Origin: Chlorokybus atmophyticus
Taxonomy: Eukaryota; Plantae; Mesostigma and Chlorokybus algae
Assembly: GCA_009103225.1 (NCBI GenBank)
Contig: RHPI01000008.1
Location: 573,412-637,411 of the forward strand
Reading direction: 5' to 3'
Length of the DNA: 64,000 nt
The notes beneath the pieces are model-generated. The model searched no databases. It worked only from the letters and a program-made list of their open reading frames with translations, and was not told where the DNA came from. Shown here one piece after another: positions 39,780 to 51,950 of the stretch. Position numbers and translations under genes: made by a program. Each line of letters begins with the position of its first letter. The first letter of the stretch is position 1.

Positions 39780-41745
39780 CGACGGTATGCCGATATCCGA
39801 AGCCTGCTTCTTGGCTACAGCCTCTTAAACCACGCCATCTTCTCGCAAGCTGAACATCTGGCTAGATGCCCCCTGCCTCTTTGCAAACCACAGCCTTACC
39901 TCCAAGCCTCGGCGCACGAGAGAGGGACCGCGTCAACTAGCGCTGCAAGCATTATCGCTGGGCGGACGGCCTTCTTCATCACCGCAACCAGGGAGAGGAT
40001 AAAGAGGTACCCGCACTTCACTAATGCGAAGGCATCATCTCCACACTGCACACAGAGCTGAATCACTTTGGCGTGAGGCGCACCGTGAGCCTCGTTCGTG
40101 CAATACTGGTGGCACACTGGTTGTATACATAGGTTCGCATCTTTGTGGGCAACTGCTCGCAGTGTGACCTTGTCCGCGCTTGCCTTAACACTAGGAGTGT
40201 CACCCTGCAACCATTACCCATCGCTGGTATATTCTATCGTTGGAGCCTGAACATCCTCGGCAATCTGTCACCATCAACTAGAGGTAAAAAGTACATTCTA
40301 GTGATGATTGAGCACTTCTCGAAGTGGGTGGAGCTGGTACCCCTACCTGACAAAGGCAATAGGGGGGTAGCTCAAGCTTTCCTCAATTGCGTCATCAGCC
40401 ATTTCGGCTCATGCGCCGAGGTACTCACTAATCTAGGCTCAGAATTCAAAGGCAAGTTTGATATTTTGCTGGATCACGCCTACACCATCGGCGCACTTTT
40501 CGTGATCACGCTCAAGCCAACGGCCTCGCAGAGCGCGCTGTTGAAACCATTAAGAAAGCACTCCGCAAGTACATCGTCGAGCACAAAAACGCAGTTGGGA
40601 CATTTACCTGCTGTGGGCTGCCCTCGGCTATCGCCTCTCTAAGCAGGCAGCACTACGACAATATAGCCCCTACCAGCTGCTCTTCGGACGTAAGCCTCTT
40701 CTTGCGCTCCGCGCACACACCGAGGTGAAGCGTGCGCTGGACAACCTTGACAATCCTGACCGGATGCGTCAAAATTTATGTTGAGATGGACGCTAATAGC
40801 ATACACATGCACAAGTGCACACCACAACACTAGCGTCAGAAGACCATACAAGACCACCTATTGCCATCATGTCCACGGGTTTTATACCCGCCAGCTACAC
40901 ATGCTTCTACTCCAGAAGCTATTGCATCTAGCACACTCAACCATAACTTGCGCTCTAAATTGCTCCACGTAGCTAGATAAAAAAAATTGCCAACAAGCTA
41001 TAGCACACGCCAATAGTCAACTAACCACCGAGATACAATCATTCTACTACAGCGCCTGCAAGCCTCCAAACTCCTTACTCGCCGATGCGCCTGGAACCTT
41101 GTTGCGCCTGGACCTCTCGACTTGAGTTGCCTTTGACCTTCTGGCCGCTATTCCTATGCAGAGAGCAAGCTGATCGGCTGACCTAGATGTACGAATATCC
41201 TCAACAATCTAGTGGCCTGCGCTAAACTGTTTAAACATCTCATCCCCATGGCGTTGGGCAACTTGCGCACAGCCCAGCACCGCGACACGCACCGCTATGA
41301 GCGGGTGCGTAGCGGCTTCTACGAGCAGCATAGCCGCAGGTTTGAGATCGGTGACTTTGTCTACCGCATGATAAAGACTCAAGACACGCTGGACATCAGT
41401 GTTTGTCGAACCGTCTTCAAGGTCGTGAAGATGCTACCTTCAAGGGTAATGGATTTGCTGAGATAGGATAGCGTCCGTATGAAGGACAACATGAAGAATT
41501 GCGCACCTTGCCATATGCCACAGGTGATTGGGTTTGACGTCATCTAGCATCCTCGTTTTTCTCGCAACCTACGCTGTGAAGAAGGTGGCAGCGCCGATGA
41601 TGACGCAAAGATAATGCTCTGCGACGGGTGCAACAAGGGGATGCACTGCTACTGCTTGGACCCACCAAGAGCAAGGTGTCCGTGGAAGCCTATTGGTGTG
41701 ACGACTGCCGCGTCAACGGTCGTTTGCACTCCCCGCTAAGCTGAC
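39780..41745 (+). mobile_element. Degenerate Ty3/gypsy pol 3' part: integrase (H2C2 + rve) with C-terminal PHD finger
   Basis: LHTELNHFGVRRT...CSQCD, RWSLNILG...KYILVMIEHFSKWVELVPLPDK...EVLTNLGSEFKG, YSPYQLLFGR, then C..CEEGGSADDDAKIMLCDGCNKGMHCYCLDPP; stops and frameshifts; PPT-like agggggggа at ~41769. Confidence 0.85.
40779..41206 (-). mobile_element. Copia-family solo LTR (428 bp) inserted in the integrase
   Basis: TGTTGAG...CTCAACA ends; flanks ATTTA/ATCTA (4/5 TSD); removing it restores the frame RQNL-VACAKLF; reverse strand shares gcttgttgg and ctggcgggtataaaaccc with the other Copia LTRs. Confidence 0.85.
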
Positions 41746-41782
41746 CACTACTGCAGGCACTGCCTCCATGCTCAGGGGGGGA

Positions 41783-42025
41783 TGGCTTGTTGACTTACAC
41801 CTAAAAGCATGTACACTAGCTCCAGGCACATGGTGACATCTTGCTACCATGCGTAGTAGGCCATAGTGCTCCAACATTCGATTTCACGACAGGGGGGTCA
41901 TACTTTCGTCCGCATCTTGCAGGAGCTGCCAACCTCAAGTACAATGGGCATCACGCCAACCTTACAACTCACACTCTGAGCAATATGCTTGTTCCACCTT
42001 ACCTTCGGGGACACCCGGCATAACA
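41783..42025 (+). mobile_element. Penelope-like element fragment, duplicate of 42555-42790
   Basis: tggcttgttgacttacacc...ttcggggacacccggc is closely similar to 42555-42790. Confidence 0.7.
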
Positions 42026-42121
42026 GCTGTCATGCCGCTCCGCCATAACTGCCCCACTTCATCATTTGACTACAGCCGACGCGCCGCCCGGGCTGTTGGC
42101 ATTTGCACCCTAGCTATAATT

Positions 42122-42495
42122 TGTAGGTGCCTAACAGTAGCACTGCTCCATAGTACGCTACTCGTAGGTACTTTATAGTCATTGACCAGTTAGGAATCTA
42201 TTCGGCTATATCGAAACTTGACGCACTGCTTTGTCCATGTCATGTTAGTAGCCGTTATCCTTGTTCGAACTAGTGCTGAACAGTTGTGCCTTGACTAGAC
42301 AGCTTGGTATAAGTAGCAATTTACATTTCTGTATGACTTGGTGAAACTGTGAGTGAAAACATTAAAAATAGACTGAGACTGTGAGACGACTGAGCTGTGG
42401 ACTCGCCGCCCCGGTTGCTAAAAATCTCTTATTGTGTGAGAAAGTGTGCATGTTCGTGTGCGCATTGCTTTGCATTGCCTGTGAGATCCTTAACA
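42122..42495 (+). mobile_element. Putative orphan LTR (TGT...ACA) followed by TGG
   Basis: tgtagg...ccttaaca, TATA-like ggtataag, and ctcgtaggtacttta resembling the chromovirus LTR; no TSD. Confidence 0.35.
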
Positions 42496-42554
42496 GTTGG
42501 AACATCCATCCGCTCATGCAAATGTCTATGTGATATAGCACTACCTCTAGTAGT

Positions 42555-45069
42555 GGCTTATTGACTTACACCGAAGAGCATGTACACTGGCTCCAGGCAC
42601 ACAGTGACATCCTGCTACCATGCGTAGGCCATGGTGCTCCGACATTCTATTTCACGACAAGGGGGGCATACTTTCGTCCTCATCTTGCAGATGCTGCCAA
42701 CCTCAAGTACTATGGGCATCACGCCAACCTTACAGCTTACACTCTCAGCAGTCTGTTCGAGTTTGCCTTACATTCGGGGACACCCGGCCCGACAGGGCCA
42801 CTATCCACAAACATTGCAGCGAACTTGGAAAGACCTGCAGGTGGAAGTTTGATGCCACTCGGGAAGGTCCCTATGCAACCGTTCGTCACTGGCAACGACA
42901 ACAACAAGACCAAACCAACAGCAAGAAGAGTTCAAGTGTGCTTGCAGTACACATCCATACGCTGAGCTGGTGCACCCGACATTGCAGCATGTCATGTTGT
43001 GTGATTGTAGCATTGCTAGTTTGCACATCTTGCAGACATTGCATATTTCTAGTACTAAGTTTCGCATGCCAATGAAAGCAGATGTTTGCGGTTGTATGCC
43101 ATCAGTACGTAAAGGCATATAGGAATTCGCAGAAGCTCAGGAAATTAAACAACGACAATTAAGACTACTGCAGCCTTGCGTGCAAGCTGTAATGGCAGCA
43201 GTGTTGTCCAGAGCCACTGCTTGCATGCACTGGTTGCCTACCACCAATTTACAGGCTTACAAGATGGATACTGTAGCTCAAGCTGCAGTGAAAGAGCTAC
43301 AACGCCTTCTCATTATCACGGAAGTAGATAAGTGTGCAAGCACTTTTGTTGTTGTGTGCAAGACTTTCCATTTGCATCTCATGCGTGCAGAATTGCAAAC
43401 TAATACTGATCAGCTCCAAAGTGACAGCTGGCAGAACACTGTACTACGCCACACACAATACAACTCTTAGCATGACTTCGTGACTTCATAACCTGGGTTG
43501 GTGTGTCTACCTCACTTGTACCTAACCATCAGGTTACACAAGACGCCACCAGCACCTCGCTTCATTGTAGCAGCCTACCAAACCACTTTAACGGATGCTA
43601 ATGACTGGATGGCGAGGGTTTACAATGCTATGGCTTACGTGGTTAATGTTTTATGGCAAGATGCTGTAGGCCTACCAGCAGCCAGTTTGATTATCAACGT
43701 TTCAATGGCGGTCAAAAGGCTGCAGCATCACATCACATCAACACTACGAGGTCACGCACCGACAAGAAACAACCTCTCACCCTACACACTTGCGACTTCA
43801 CCACACTCTACACCAAGCTGCAGCAGCAAAACCTCACCGACCGTATGCGCGGCTTGTTGGACAAGTGTCTACCAAGGTGCACTCTCTCCACGTTAACGTT
43901 TACAAGGGAGAAGTCAACCTTGAGTGGGCTTGTGGCAGTACTGTTAATTACACGGAAGGCACAACACGCACTTTCACTGCCGTGCAATTACATGACTTGC
44001 TCAAGTTTTCGTTGGCTAACTTGTTCGTGCAAAAAAGTGCAAACAGCGTATACAACGATTGGAATTCCTATGGGGAATTCAGCAGGGGTTTACTTAGCTA
44101 ATAATACGCTCTTTCCTTAAAAGCTGAACTTCATCGAAAGATTGGGGCGTACGGTGATCCTGTGCTGTTGCAACGCTTTTCTCCGTGCATTTTGCGCTAT
44201 GTGGATGATCCATCTGTGGTTGAGGTGCCTGAGTTCCAGCAGGCATTGTACTTGTCACCCACAACATCAGCAGGGGGCAATACTCACAGGCAATGCTCAC
44301 TGTCGTTCAGTCTGCCACTGCTGTGCCTTTCTTGGATTTATGCGTCCTACAGATGAAGGACATAGGCCTTTGCACAAAGGTGTACATCACGAGACGTGAC
44401 CCGGCCTATGTGAACATCTCCGTGCGTAGGGCACCTCACCCTTATTCCAACATTGCACGAATAGCCAAACATAAATAGAGAGTAGTTGTATCGCAGTGCA
44501 TTTGCTTTTAACGCATTTGTACATGTCGCTCCCATTGTATCAGAGATGGTGCTATTGTTGGGGGACATCAGTCGAGGTGGCCATACTAAGGAGCAATTGT
44601 TGCGAAGGTTGCGTGGGAAGCTGTGGAGCATGCAAGGCATGGCATACGACACGAATTATAAGTAGTTGTACAATGGTGGTGTATAGGTTAGAGAAGGCAG
44701 CAATCCTGGCCAGCACAGGGTGACGGACGTGAGCCGATATTCCAACAAGCAGCACACGACATCGACAATAGATAAGTACGGGTAAGTGATGGATAAGTGA
44801 TTATGGGGAGCAAATTGCCCGCATACATGTTGAGTTGATGCACAGCTCACAGCAATTCCATAAACACTCCCTCGCGGTAGTCTGCAGGTGCTTCCTTTGC
44901 TGCTTGCTGCTGCCCCTTCCCCCTTCCCTCTGCCCACACTCTTCCCCCAGTCTATAGCTAGTGCACTTAGCTATAGCTTAGTGGGGCCCCCCACCCCGTT
45001 GTTTTTGCCTTGCTTGTGCTGTATTATCATGCTTTGCTGTGTCGTGCTTGCTTGCTTGACTGATTGGCC
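42555..45069 (+). mobile_element. Degenerate Penelope-like element (Naiad/Chlamys type): CxC linker, RT and 3' UTR
   Basis: KCACSTHPY...HVMLCD...STKFR (CAC at 42937-42945), ITEVDKCASTFVVVCK, LPHLYLTIRLHKTPPAPRFIV, TCDFTTLYTKL, GIPMG, LRYVDD, PFLDL; several stops and frameshifts. Confidence 0.85.
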
Positions 45070-47310
45070 CATGTCATTGGAGTCCTTTCCCAAATGCATG
45101 ACAGTGGCAGGAGGAGCAGAAGTTGGATGCTGACTCCTCCATGAGTCCTGCTATAACAAGTGCTTGGCAGCGCTGGTCCACCAAGTCTTCATCCAGCTTG
45201 GAGAGTTTGTACTGACGCCGGAACACGGGCTCGTCATCGACTAGCTCAATGTGCCTCTGGTACGCTAAGCACTTGCCCAGTTCTTGAACATTGAAACTGA
45301 GATGTTGTCTTTACTTGTTCAGCAGAGTTCTTATCTTCTCCTTATCCTCCAGTGGCTAGCGGTCCCATGGCGTGGTCCCAAGAGCATGCCATAGCTATGA
45401 CCGAAATGTCTTCCACTGTAACCGCCGCCTGTTCTTCCATGACAGCTGTCTTCATGGCAGTCTAGGCTTTAAGGGTGTCTTGTGGGCGATCAGTATATCC
45501 CTCAAACATGTTTTCAAGATCCTCGAAGGTCACATGTTGATCTTAAATTGCGAAACACATCTCCAAGAGCCACACAATGCTATTTTGGTTAATGGCTCTG
45601 CCCAGCAAGACGCGTTGTAAGCGATCTGTGAGGGCGCAGCCGGTAATGCTGCCTGCGTGGAAGCCCATGGCACGCTTGCTTCTCGAGTGTTTTCTTCCTC
45701 CAGCTGGCCAGTGGCGGCATTGAACACCATGGTAAGCAGGGTAAGAAACCAAGGTAGGCAATGCGCGATAAGGTGCGCCAGGTTGAATGCAGGCGTAGAA
45801 GTGCTTGTGGTTAGGCATGGTGACAGGTTGATATGTGCGGCCGGGGTCGAGTATGTCATCGACTAACAAATTCTTCGGGCGCGTGGCCGAACAGTGCGCT
45901 GTTAGGCTGAGTTCTTCCATGGTGGCCAGGTTAGTCCACTTGGCTTAAACACGATGGGCGCGGGAGCCATGGCGTGCAGCGTTGACCTTTGTTGGGTGGC
46001 TCAAGATGGAACAGACCATGTGAAAGTCCTGTTCGACGTTGCCGCGTCTATCGTCGCCGCAGTGCACATTCTCCACAATAAAGGCCAGAGGTCTACGGAT
46101 CTGGTGGTGTTGCAGCAGGTGTATGACCCGCATGAGTTCCCTGAACAAGTTGAAACGGGGATCTTGCAAGCTGCGTCCTGTTCCAGTGCGCAAGTGGCCT
46201 TGACACTCCCAGCCTGCTATGAGGAGGTTCACATTACCCAGGGCCAGCAGGTGGTCTTCTGGATCAACCGAATGTTCTGCGGCAGAGCCCTCCGAATGCC
46301 GTGCAGAGCTGAGAGAGGAAGCTGATGTGGGTAGCGCTGATGCAGCTATCGCAGGTGATGACGCACAGCTTTTGTGCGACATTGTCAGGGTCACAGTAGT
46401 AATAATGGTTGACCTTGACACCGGTGTTTAGCACATCTGCTAAGCCGCTGCCAACTCCTCCGAATAGCTCTACGAGTGTGATACCTTGCAGCCGGCGAAC
46501 GGTGTAAAACTCGATCATGCCGGTGGCCACAGTAAACTGTGCAGGAATGGTGTCGAGTGTTACGATGGCTGATGCGCGTATGGGCGCGTAGTGTAGCTGG
46601 AGCAGCTGGTATGCTGTGACAAAGGTGTCGTCATGGCGCTGTGCAGAGTTCCATAAGGCCACTTCCAAGGTAACTTCTGTTGCAACTTCGGCGTAGAGCA
46701 TACAATCGGTGCCTGTAAGAACCACTGCAGCCATACATCGCTGCAGGCGTGAGGTGAGCACGAAGTCAACTGACAGGTAGCCCTTGACGTGCCACTGCGC
46801 TAATAAACCAAGCTTCTTCGGTCCAGCTGTCAGTGTCAATGCCGACAGCAAAGCTGAAGTCCTGCCCAAAGATGAGGTCGTAGTCACGGGAGTGCGTGAC
46901 CACCACGCGCTGTGCGTACTCCATGGTGTGAGCGCGATCAATGCCAAGCAGCGCGATGGGGAACGCCGTCTTAGTGACACTCAGTGCGCCGTGCTCGTTG
47001 TTGAGGATAGTGCTGAGAATGGTCGAGGGTTCAGGTTGGTGAGGTCGATGCCCAAGCTGCGAGCAAGGTATCAGCCCACGAACACTAGCTGTGCTCCGCC
47101 ACCCAGCAGGACAAGCTTGGGCGCGCGTTCGTCGATCAGCACGTGCTTTTCGAGGTTGTCCATCATAGTGGCATTGGCATTGACCTGGGTATGGTCGTTA
47201 TGCCAGGACGCAGTGCTATTGTCAGGGGTTGGAGAATGCGGAAGCACTCTCAGTGCGACGACGCCTCCTCTGCGTTGAAAAGCCCCGCGCGTAGAGGAGG
47301 ACGGAGCAGG
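45070..47310 (-). mobile_element. Ty3/gypsy-Dnmt element, pol part: aspartic protease, C5-cytosine methyltransferase, start of RT (pseudogenised)
   Basis: VLLGGGAQL...YDLIFGQDF (protease); ELFGGVGSG (motif I, ~46450-46470), GWECQG (motif IV, 46197-46214), ENV (motif VI, 46065-46073), RAHRV*AKWTNL (motif VIII), ERAMGF...VLLGRA (IX/X); then DDEPVFRRQYKLSKLDEDLVDQRCQAL (RT start). Confidence 0.88.
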
Positions 47311-48709
47311 TGTAACGGGAGCAACAATAATAGGGGTGTTACTGCTACCTAAATAACACATTCTGTATGAATAAGTATCTAAATATGCTTATTTATACCT
47401 CTTTTCTACGGTTCCTTCTTATTGAAGGCTATAATGCTTTATCATAGCTTAAATAAGTCCTAATGGGTGTAGAACCGCTTATTCAAGCCTATTTGGTGTC
47501 ACATTTGATAAAATGTGATTACTATCTCGTTAGGTACCTTATGATAGGTATCTTTCGATAGGTACCTTATCGGAGCTGTGATTGGCTCACGCTAGATTTC
47601 CTAACTACCCTATCTGTAGGGTTGATGTCTAGTTGTGAGTTAATTATCGAGAGGTATATAGTTGATATACTCTTGATATAAAAGGTCACATCAAATTGAT
47701 GTGGGGACTTTCAGTTTTCTGCTCAGTGGCGGCCACGCCGTTGAAAGGCTTGTCATAGGCGGTGTGGGTGTTGGGGTAGAGGATTGAAGGGGCATCACCG
47801 GCGACGGTGGTGCTGTTACATTGGTATCCAGGATCTGGGGGGGTGACGTGGGTACTTATAGGGGGCGGCGACCTGCTTTCGGCCAATCAGAAGGCGGCGG
47901 CGGCGGCCTCCTATTCGTCCACGCAGCCCAAGCTTGAAGCTAGCTTCCCTGCGCTATCTCCACGTTGAAGCCACCCATCAAAGAGGCGGCCTCTCCATGT
48001 GTGAGGTACCATCACATACGTCGGTGACTTGCCTGCTTGCCAGGTGCTTGTCAGATGCACGTGTGTACTTTCATGCACATCATCATCAGTGACTTATCAG
48101 TGCATGAGTGCGGACTGCTGGTGCCATCACTGCTTGTCACACTTAGTGCACTATCATTGCTTGCAATGATTGCCTGTCGTTGCATGCGGTGAGTGCTTGT
48201 CATTATGCTTGCCAATGCATGTCACAGTTGGTCACTGTACGGCTTGCCTGTTGCATGCCTGTGGCTTGCCTGTTGCATGCCTGTGACGTACCTGTGACCA
48301 GCTGCCAGCTGCTTTTTCGGGTCGCTTGACTCCGGTCCGTAAGTTCCAAACCAAGCTGTTCCCAAACCCTCCCCCTCTGGCTTCGGCCTGAAGATTGGGA
48401 CTTGGTTAGATTAGCTTTGGGGAGATAGTAAGACATTCTGTTCCCAAACACTGTTAGTCTGAAAACCTCCCCCTCTGGCTTCGGCCTGGAGATTGGGACT
48501 TGGTTGAGGACAACACAGGGTTAGGACATTCTGGTCCCATTCACACTTGTTCTGTTTGGTAACACTCCAGATCCAACCTTTTCTGTTTTGGGACTGGTTT
48601 GGACTATGTTTAAGACTTTTACAACTTGGGGTCATTTTGATCCTCTCGTTAAACCTGGTCCATTGGTGAGTTTCTCACCGTTCCATTTTGCCTGTTTTGC
48701 AGACAAATG

Positions 48710-51700
48710 GAAGAGAACTCGGTGCCCACCTCAAAGGGGGAAAGCTCGCAAAAAGCAATTATCCCGTGAGGAGGAGTTTCCATCTATGGAGGATATTCCA
48801 ACCCGGATGATGCACCTGATGAGTCTCATGCTGCTAAGGATGGCTTGGTGGAACCAGACGGGCCACCACCACCACCATCATTCGTGCAGTCTGAAATCTC
48901 AATTCGCTTGACAAAACAGGATTTGATGGGCCACTTTCTTGGCACCTATGATGAGGAGCCTCGTGAGGCGATTGTCTCGCTCGTCAACTTCCTCTTTAAT
49001 GTGGCGGAAAAGCTCTCAAAGCTCACCACTTTTATGGGGCGAGATTGGGAGGGATCGATGGGTGAAAGCAAACGTGTTTTGAACATAACCGAGCGCCTTC
49101 AACGCTCTGACAGTGGTCCACCTGTTCAGGCGCTTGCTCGACCTGCCGAGTTTGTTCCCAACAAACAAGCGGCAATTTTCGACTGGCTCGTGAAGCTGAA
49201 ACACTATGTCAACTCCCTTCACATTTCTGAGGAGGGCAAGTTGCGTGTAGCTAAGTTGCTGATCCCAAACGATGCCTTGGCAGAGTGGTACCGCCGTAAG
49301 CAACGGGATACGAACCTCGGGCGGGAAGTGAATCAGTTGTGCTCTTGTATGGAGCAGCGCTATGGTGGCGCAGATCCTGCTCAGATTGCTCGCAACCAGC
49401 TGCACAATCTGCGTCAGAACGGGCGTCCGGTTCAGCAGTATATCCAGGATTTTCAATTGTTTGTCAGCAGGATCATTGCAGGCAAACTACCCATTAGTGA
49501 TGCCGATCAGCTGGATATGTTCATGCGGGGCTTGGACATAGATCTCGTGCAGCATGTGGCCGTCAACCCCGCGAGTTTGCAAGAGTGGGCCTCGACGAAT
49601 TTACCAATGCTGATGCACATGGTTGCTGCTGTGGACTGTGTGAAGCGCTCTCACGCAAACATGCAAACCACAGCAAAAGAGGCAGTCCCGGTTTCAGCTG
49701 CAAAGCGCCCGGCCACTGACAACAAACCTTATGTGAAAAAGGCGAAAACATCTTAGTGTTGAAGGTATTACATGGGTGATGCTTGTGTCCGGTCAGCTTG
49801 CCCTTCAAACAGGAGTCGAGGGTCGAAGGTACCAGGAAGAAGCGCGTGGACTCCAGACTTAGCAAGACGGTCGAGTCATGACGGACTCCGGACCAGGCTG
49901 CTTGGTAGAGCCTTGGGAGAAATCGCGTAGCTTTGTGAATACGTAAGTTTAGCAGGCGTGGCTTAGCTTGTTGGAAAGCTCTGGTTGTGAGCTAGACAGC
50001 GTAGCTTATAGAATAGCAATCGGCTGAGTATAGCGCACGCGGTGCTTGCCAATGTAGACGTGTGTAGAGACTGGCGGGGTATAAAGCCCAGACTTGTTGC
50101 AATGAAAAAAAAGAGGTCACGATGTAGCATGTGTGCGGATGCTATGGCGGCAGTAGCAGTCATGCTCTTGTGTTGATGTTGTTGGCGTGTCACTTGCACG
50201 TGTGTATGTCAACAGGTTATGGGCCCACACATGCTTGTGTAGGTTGATGGAGTGTGTTACAATTGTATGTGTAGCTGTAGTTGCTTTGTGGTAGTGTGGG
50301 GTTGTGAGGTCTGTGAGCAGAGAGGGCAACCAACCAAGGCCACCAGCATGGACAGCTTGAAGATTGCGATTGGACTACTGGACGTTGACGACTACAACAC
50401 TTGGAGTGTGAAGATGGAGCTACTACTGGCCCACAAGGAGATCTTTTGGTGACTGAAGAAGAGTACGTGAAGTACTTGGAAGAGGAGGCGTCCTTGATAC
50501 GTGGGAGCTGAAGATGTCAGCTCGTGTTGCTGAGTGCGAGGAATACTTGGTGGAGCGTGGTGAAGCGCTTTAAGGAATGCGAGAGGCAACCCGTGGTAAG
50601 CACGTTGATGTGCTTGGTGGAAGGAAGGGGAGCAGATGGCAACCCTTGAGGTCGAGCACGGTGGAGTGTTTGATGGACCTTCCGAGAAGGGGAGCGAGGG
50701 CAGTCCTTGGTGAAGCACGGTAAAGTGCTTGGTACTTTGGTTGAAGCATGTGGAGTGCTTGGCTGAAGGTGCATGCGAGGAAGCGTGATGAGCATCCTGG
50801 AAGCATGATCACTTGGAAGCTGAACATGGAGCATCCTGGAGGTGTGAAGCTTGGAGGCTATACGCAGAAGCGTGTGGACGTGGACATGAAGATGGCCATG
50901 GTGTGCGCAAGGTTGCTACATTGACAAGGGTGGTTGAGGATGGAGTTGCAAGATACCACAAGGTCATGAGTAACAAGGAGGCACAAGTAGGTTGCGATTG
51001 CGAAGCCCGTGGGAGCTGCAAGTGGTGGAAAGCAAGTTGACTAGAGGAGTCATGGGCTGATACCAGAGACAGAGGCACTGTCAACGAGGACAGATGCAGC
51101 GGGTGCATGAAGGCAACATGTATGTACAGCAAGGAGCAAGGTTGGTGGTCAACCATGACGCTCGAGTTGCTGTGGAAGTGAATGACTTCAAGATCGTCCA
51201 TGAGAAGCATGGAGGCATGAGAAAAACAGGTGAAGGCTTGCGTGAGAAGCGGTGTGCGTGTGTATTGGAGGAGCTGATGTTGAAGGACAAGCTGCCCGCG
51301 TGGGAGTGTTGAAGGTATTACATGGGTGATGCTTGTGTCCGGTCAGCTTGCCCTTCAAACAGGAGTCGAGGGTCGAAGGTACCAGGAAGAAGCGCGTGGA
51401 CTCCAGACTTAGCAAGACGGTCGAGTCATGACGGACTCCGGACCAGGCTGCTTGGTAGAGCCTTGGGAGAAATCGCGTAGCTTTGTGAATACGTAAGCTT
51501 AGCAGGCGTGGCTTAGCTTGTTGAAAAGCTCTGGTTGTGAGCTAGACAGCGTAGCTTATAGAATAGCAATCGGCTGAGTATAGCGCACGCGGTGCTTGCC
51601 AATGTAGACGTGTGTAGAGACTGGCGGGGTATAAAGCCCAGACTTGTTGCAATGAAAAAAAAGAGGTCACGATGTAGCATGTGTGCGGACGCTATGGCGG

Positions 51701-51901
51701 AAGTAGCAGTCATGCTCTTGTGTTGATGTTGTTGGCGTGTCACTTGCACGTGCGTATGTCAACACTCAGCCTGCTGGCCCCGACAACGCGGCCAAATCCA
51801 CTATCACTTGCAACTTCTGCAAGAAGACAGGTCATGGGGAGGCCAAATGCTATGCAAAGCAGAATGCACAAAAGGCCAAGCAGAAGAAGGACAAGAAATA
51901 G
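48710..51901 (+). pseudogene. Chromovirus gag, interrupted by the Copia insertion at 49757-51764
   Basis: ORF 48845..49756 (QIARNQLHNLRQNGRPVQQYIQDF) continues after the insertion as SQPAGPDN...CNFCKKTGHGEAKC (zinc knuckle); stop TAG 51899-51901. Confidence 0.9.
49757..51764 (+). mobile_element. Non-autonomous Copia derivative (2008 bp): 458-bp LTRs, half-tRNA-iMet PBS, vestigial gag start
   Basis: LTRs 49757-50214 and 51307-51764 (TGTTGA...TCAACA, 5 differences by eye); PBS GGTTATGGGCCCAC at 50215; MDSLKIAIGLLDVDDYNTWSVKMELLL; flanks CTTAG/CTCAG. Confidence 0.93.
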
Positions 51902-51950
51902 GAATTGTCCGTGGTTGGTAACTTAGTCGAGCAGAACGACTTTTTAAACT

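Noticed and set aside
51943-51949. Slippery heptamer T TTA AAC at the gag/pol junction
   Set aside because: It lies downstream of the gag TAG, the -1 frame closes at TGA within a few codons, and pol is in the +1 frame; the copy is too degenerate to infer recoding
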